64,000 bases of DNA from Piromyces finnis finn (lineage: Eukaryota; Fungi; Neocallimastigomycota), in the NCBI GenBank assembly GCA_002104945.1, contig MCFH01000013.1, positions 124,001 through 188,000 on the forward strand, written 5' to 3'. Both the position numbers and the translations under genes were made by a program. Shown one piece after another: positions 57,901-64,000 of this stretch (position 1 is the stretch's first letter; each line of letters starts with the position of its first letter). Below the pieces are notes generated by a model that worked only from the letters and a program-made list of their open reading frames with translations, was not told where the DNA came from and made no database searches.

Positions 57901-60900
57901 TATTAATAAATTACCTTTGAGTATCTTCTAATTCAAACAAAAAATTAATTATGTCATATGTTTTATCATAATTATTTTCTTCGAATCGTATCTTATTTTT
58001 GTTTTTCTTAGCCACACTTCCTTTATATTTAACAATAATAGAATTACTACCAATTAAAGAACCAATACTCATACTTTTAATATTTTTGAATAAATTATTA
58101 TTGGATGAAGTCTATTATATTTTATTTACATTATTTTTAAAATAAATAGTTAATTATCTTTTTTCTATACTTATTTAAAAGTATATAAATTTACTAACTT
58201 TTATATATATCATATTTTAAATATACAAATTAATATTATAATATTTATTTACCTTATCTTCATTATTTCCTTTTTGTTTACCAAATTTTAAGAAAGAAAA
58301 TGAATTTTTCTTCTTATTTTTATTATCATCCACTACATTATTAGGCTTTAAAATTAAGCAATAAGTATACAATAATAGTATTATATATAGTACAAAATTA
58401 TTTATTTTTTAAAAATATTTTTGTTGTTAAATTATTTTTATTAATGATACCTCTTTTACTTCTTCATCAATAGATGAATCATCAAATGAGTTTTTCTCAC
58501 TTATTGATTCTATATCTTCATCACTATTCTGATCTCTCTCTTCATCAAAATCAGAATTATCGCTATTACTTTGTTGACTGTCATCAATTACTTCAGTTTC
58601 TTCACTATTGTCTTTTTCTTCTTTTTCTTCTTCTTCATTTTCTGATTTACTTTTTTCTATATCATATTCACTATCACTAGTACTTAAACTATCATCAAAT
58701 GAATTTTGTTTACTTTCATCAATTTCTTTTACTTCTGATAAATCTTCATCAAAATCTTCTTCTTCACTCTTAGATGAAAGAACTTCAGATATGGCTGATA
58801 CTGATTGAGTTGATGATATAGATAATATTTCATTCTGTAATAAAATAAGGATATAAGAAATTATAAATTAGCAATAAAAATATTATTAATTTTTATAAAT
58901 TAAAATAATAATTAAAATATATATATATGATTTATAAATTAAAATTAATAAATATGGATTGCGATTTCTATTTAAATATACCATTTCCTCTTTTTTACTT
59001 TCTTTTGTACTATCTATACCTAAATCATTACTGAAAAGATTATTTCTTATTACAGTAACTTTAGGTTTAGATGATTCTTCATCAGAATTATGGGAATCCC
59101 AACTAGATTCATCATCATCATCAAAACTATTTTCAATAATGTTTTCATCCTCATTAACCAATTGCTTCTTTAAATTATTACTTACTTTATTTTTATCTAC
59201 AACATCAAATAAATTGTTCTTAATAATTTTTGGTTTTGATTCAAAAGCCTTTTCTTTAATAGAAATTTTTGAATTTTCTGAATCCCAATTTGATTCATCT
59301 TCATCTTCATCAAAACTATTATCATTATCTTCATTTGTACCTTTAATTATTTTAATAATAGATACCTCATTATTTGTTTCGTTATCAGTATTAAAATCAC
59401 TAACTTCAGATATGGAAGCAATAGAGGTTGTTGGTGAATTAGATATTTTTCTAATTACTTTAACACTATTATTAGTTGTATTAATTTGGTTTATAGATGT
59501 TTGATCATTAGTTGATGACCAACTAGATGATTCGCTCGAAGACCAGTCATCTTTTTCATTCTCTTCCTTTTTCGAAGAAGGCTGTTGTGCCTTAATAATT
59601 TTAACATTGTTATCGCTATATGAAGTACTATCAAAACTATTATCATTAGGCTGTTGTGTCTTAATAATTTTAACATCATTATTATTATCACTATATGAAG
59701 TACCATCAAAACTATTATCATTAGGCTGTTGTGTCTTAATAACTTTAACACTATTATTATCACTATATGAAGTACTATCAAAACTATTATCATTAGACTG
59801 TTGTGCCTTAATAATTTTAACATTATTATTATCACTATATGAAGTACCATCAAAACTATTGTTATTATTACTTTCATCATCATCAAAACTATTATTTTCT
59901 ATCTCTTTCTTTCCTTGATACTTATTAATCACTTCTGTATCCTTATTATTATCATCGAAACTATTAGATTTTGATTCATTAGTTTCGTCCTCATCATCAA
60001 AACTATTTTTATTAGTTTCTGTAATATTGATATCTTGATTAGTTTTTTGACCATCATCAACATAATCTTTAAATAATATTAAATAATAAATTAATGTTTT
60101 ATCAAAGCATTATACATAATAATAAATATAAATTAAAAAGAAATAACATTATATTATAGTATAATAGGTTTTTTGTTATTATATTATACTTAAATAATAC
60201 CTTCTGTAATACTTTCCGTACTAAGATCTGAAAATTCTTCTTCCGATATATCATTCATTGTATTTTCTGGTTGTGCTTTAGCACCAGATTTTACAAAAAC
60301 TTTCACCTTTTTTGTATCAGTACTTGCATCAAAACTATTATTATCATTAGTATCATCAAAACTATTTTCTATTGCTTTTATAGTAGTTTCAACGCCTTAT
60401 ATCATCAATATATATTAACAATATTTATAATTAATAAATAATTTATATTTCATTTAATATATTATATATATTTATTTATTTATTCATCACTATATTATAT
60501 TACCATTGCCACTATTATTATCATTGTCATTATTATTACTATTATTATCACTATAACTATCACTATCATTATCATTATTATTTAATTTAATTATATCTTC
60601 ATTCTCTTCTTTTATATTGGTTTTTGTTTCAATTTGATTAATTGAATTTTGGTTTTCATTTTGATTTTTTAAGTCATTCTTTTCTTTTTTATCTTTTATT
60701 TTGGAAGAAAATTTTTTATCATTATTTTTTGTTTTTTCTGGTATTAATTGGACAGTACTTAAAAATTCAATATTATTTTTATCATCTTCTTTTTTTACAT
60801 ATTCTTTATTCATTGATCCGTTTAATGGAACTGTTGATACATTTATGTTATTATTACTATTATTTAAATTAATATTTTTTTGTAATGGTAGACTATTTAT

Positions 60901-61473
60901 AGTATCAATATTACTACTATTTATATTAGGAATAAAGCCACCTTGATTTAACGAAATATTCGATATATTTACTTTATTTTGGTCCATGATTTTTAAATTA
61001 ATACTTTCTAAGGAAGGCATTTGTTTTTGGCTTGGACATTCAGGCAATTCTTTATTTATATTACTGACATAACTACTATTTTGTGATTTAAATAATATCA
61101 CTGGTAATGGAGGAACGTTATAATAATTATTAATATCGTGAGGAGTATTGCTAATAGAATAATTTAAAGATGGATTTCTGTTAATATTACTAAAATAATT
61201 AGAATAATTAGTATTATTAAATGAACCATTATGGTATGGGTTAATATTGATATTGCTATTCATTGATGAATTAGTATTTGAATTGTTAAAAGAATTCGGA
61301 AGAATACCATAATTCATATTAGAATAATTTAAATTGATATATGAACCACTTGAATAATTATAATTATTACTGTTTATACATGAATCCATATCATTAATTT
61401 TATAATTTAAAGGATCAGTTAAATTAGTAGTTGATAAATTATTGTTATTGTTGTTGTTATTATTAGTATTATT

Positions 61474-61542
<69 letters not shown>

Positions 61543-63900
61543 ACTACAATTTTTATCCATATTTTTAGCTTGCGTTTTAATATTATCTTTATTCTTAGTT
61601 ACTTTATTAGATCTTTGGATTTTATTGTAACTTTTTTTATTATATTCTTTTCTATTGTCAAATTTTTCATTATTATCTTCGATGATTTTTTCATCTTCTA
61701 CTTCTGAACTATAACCAGAAAACTTTGTAATATCCGACATTGTCAAAGAGGTAGTTGATAAATCTGAATTTGATGTTGATGTTGGTGTTGACGTTGTTGA
61801 GAAGGAAGATGTTAATGTTGTTGAACTATGTTTTATATTATAATCTTTTAAAAAAAAAAAAGAAAGAATATAATAAATAATAATAATAATTAATTAATCA
61901 AAAATATAATATAATATCAAAAATTTAAGAAACATTTTTTCCTTTAAAAAATTTTATATATTATTAAAAACTACCATTATAGTTTTCAAAAGTACGTTGC
62001 CAATTATGTAATTGGTTAGGATTAGTATTAAATTGAGTATTTGAATTAGTAACATTCTGAATATTTGATTTTTTACTTTTATTATTATTCTTAAATAGGG
62101 GTATATTAAATAGTTTTTGAAATAATCCTGTATGCTTATCAGGTATTTCCTTAGGTATTGTATTAGTTATACTGATTGTATTTAACATTAAGTCATTTTT
62201 TAATTGATTCATTTCTTTTTCTACTTCTTTTTCTATTTGTTTTTTAATTTCTTTTTCTCTTTTATGTTTTCTCATTTTATTATACATCCTTTTATCATAT
62301 TTCTTTTTTTTATTATGGTTTTTACTATGAGATGGTAGGGATTTTAATTGTGTTTGTGAAAAGTGTCTATTCATAGGGGGTTTTTTCATACTATTTACTA
62401 TATCTTTATTACTATGAGATTTATTGCAATCATTACTCTGAACATATTCATTATGATTATTATTTGATAATAATGAGATATTTAATGATGAAGAATCATA
62501 AGATAAAGTATTCATTGGACTATCATTATTATTGATATCATTAATTAATGAAGAACTATTTACTTTTGAAGCAACTGTTTTATTATTAATTTGATATTTT
62601 GATAGTTGATCATTTTTCTTATTCCTATTTGAAACAGCCTCTTCCAAATTTTTTAATTTATATTTCTTTTTTTTATTTAGTATAACATTATTATTATAAG
62701 TATTAATAGATACTCTTGCATTTTCCAACTTTTTTTCTTTTTCACTTGATTCTATTGAAAAAGTTTTATGAGAATAAGGTTCATGTATTTCTGTTTGTTT
62801 CTCTTCATATATATACTTTGAATTTATTTTATTTTTCCTTATAGTATTAACTGTATCTGAATGATTTTGTAAAATATCATCAGGATTACTGTTAGAATGA
62901 CTAAATATAGCATTATTATTAAACTTATTTATATTATATAATATTTATTTATTAGTATTATTAATCAGACGTTAGTTTATAACAATATAATATAATAATA
63001 TATAATATACTTTTGATTTATCTGTCAAAGTATCACTTATTAATGATGAATAATCATCAGTTGAATTATCCAAATTGATATTCATAATGGGTGATCCTTT
63101 TGATGTTTCCTTATTTTTGTATTTATTACCTTAAATTTTAAATTAATAAATTAATAAATGAATATAAAATTCGAGGTTTTTTTCTCATCACTTTTAATAT
63201 TTCATGTAATATAAATACAATAAATATTATAAATATAATACCATACCATAATAATTTTTTATTTTTTTATAAACATCGGAGTTTAGCAAATCTTTACAAT
63301 AAAGATGGAAAGAAATCATATATAATGAAATTTGGAGGGGGGAATAAGTAAAATCAAATATTTTATATTATTATTTGTTATATTAATTATTAATAATTAT
63401 ACCACTTGTTTGAGCTGATAATAAATGATTTTTTCTCTTTTTGTTTTTTAATTGTATTTTTTATTTGGAAAATATATAATTATAATTAAATTGATTATAT
63501 TTAATCTTTTATTAATAATATTTTATTTAAACAATAAATATGATAAATGATGATGCTTACTCTTTCTAATAACATATAATTAATATACTTTTATATATTT
63601 CAAAAAAAAAAAAAAAAAAAAAAGTTAACAAGGATTTTATAATCAGAAATTATTATATTATAATAATTACATTAATTTTATTTGAATGATTATCCATTAC
63701 TGAAAAGTTGTTATTATTGCTATCTTCTGTTATTTCTTCGTTATCATTTAGTAAAACAGTTTCTGTTTTTCCAAAATCAGAAACGTTTGAAAGTTTTTGA
63801 TTATTTAAGCTTTGTTGCTTTTTATTTCTTTTAATATCCAAACAAAATTGTTGAATTTCATGCATTGCTTGTTGTTGATAATTAATTTCATTATTTTTAT
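54930..63900 (-). CDS. Large multi-exon gene: Asn/Ser/Asp-rich low-complexity N-terminal half, globular C-terminal half; function unknown; boundaries approximate and may extend past the window
   Basis: Minus-strand open segments (~63650-63900, 61970-63130, 60497-61845, 58950-60060, 58440-58840, 57917-58130, 57618-57870, 55620-55800, 55040-55510) flanked by GT/AG. No family recognised; may be more than one gene. Confidence 0.55.
59590..59880 (-). repeat. Coding tandem repeat, 4 copies of about 24 aa (NDNSFDxTSYSDNNxVKIIKxQQP)
   Basis: Seen in ORF 58886-59932 and in the DNA (GAAGTACxATCAAAACTATT units). Confidence 0.85.
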
Positions 63901-64000
63901 GTTTATTATTTTTATTTAAATGTAATGGATATGCTGGATAATTTGAATTTGATTTAAAAACTTTTTTCTTATTATTTGATATATTTTTATGCTTTGAATA

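Overview
Very AT-rich eukaryotic DNA with short GT-AG introns and bacterial-type CAZymes, most consistent with an anaerobic gut fungus (Neocallimastigomycota; inference). Left to right: (1) a minus-strand Ty3/Gypsy element with a -1 frameshift signal and tRNA-Ala PBS, whose leader is interrupted by an intact, apparently self-priming chromovirus (3592-10116, 830-bp LTRs, TSD TTTAG); (2) a CBM1 pseudogene; (3) a 27-exon gene missed by the ORF track encoding signal peptide, 25 one-exon-per-repeat LRRs and three CBM18 chitin-binding domains (14154-19236, minus); (4) a divergent GH115 alpha-glucuronidase / SGNH esterase pair present as two near-identical inverted copies plus a decayed third GH115, enclosing a LINE fragment, an ankyrin pseudogene, a class-C-like GPCR with a solute-binding ectodomain and a bacterial-type DJ-1/PfpI gene; (5) a young non-autonomous Ty1/copia-type element (44196-49084, 217-bp LTRs, TSD GAGGG, half-tRNA-Lys PBS) whose only long ORF is a secreted phage-type GH24 lysozyme; (6) a large multi-exon low-complexity gene of unknown function. 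The best candidates for new biology are the lysozyme-carrying LTR element and the modular LRR-chitin-binding gene. No rRNA, intact tRNA or CRISPR array was found. All comparisons were made by eye.
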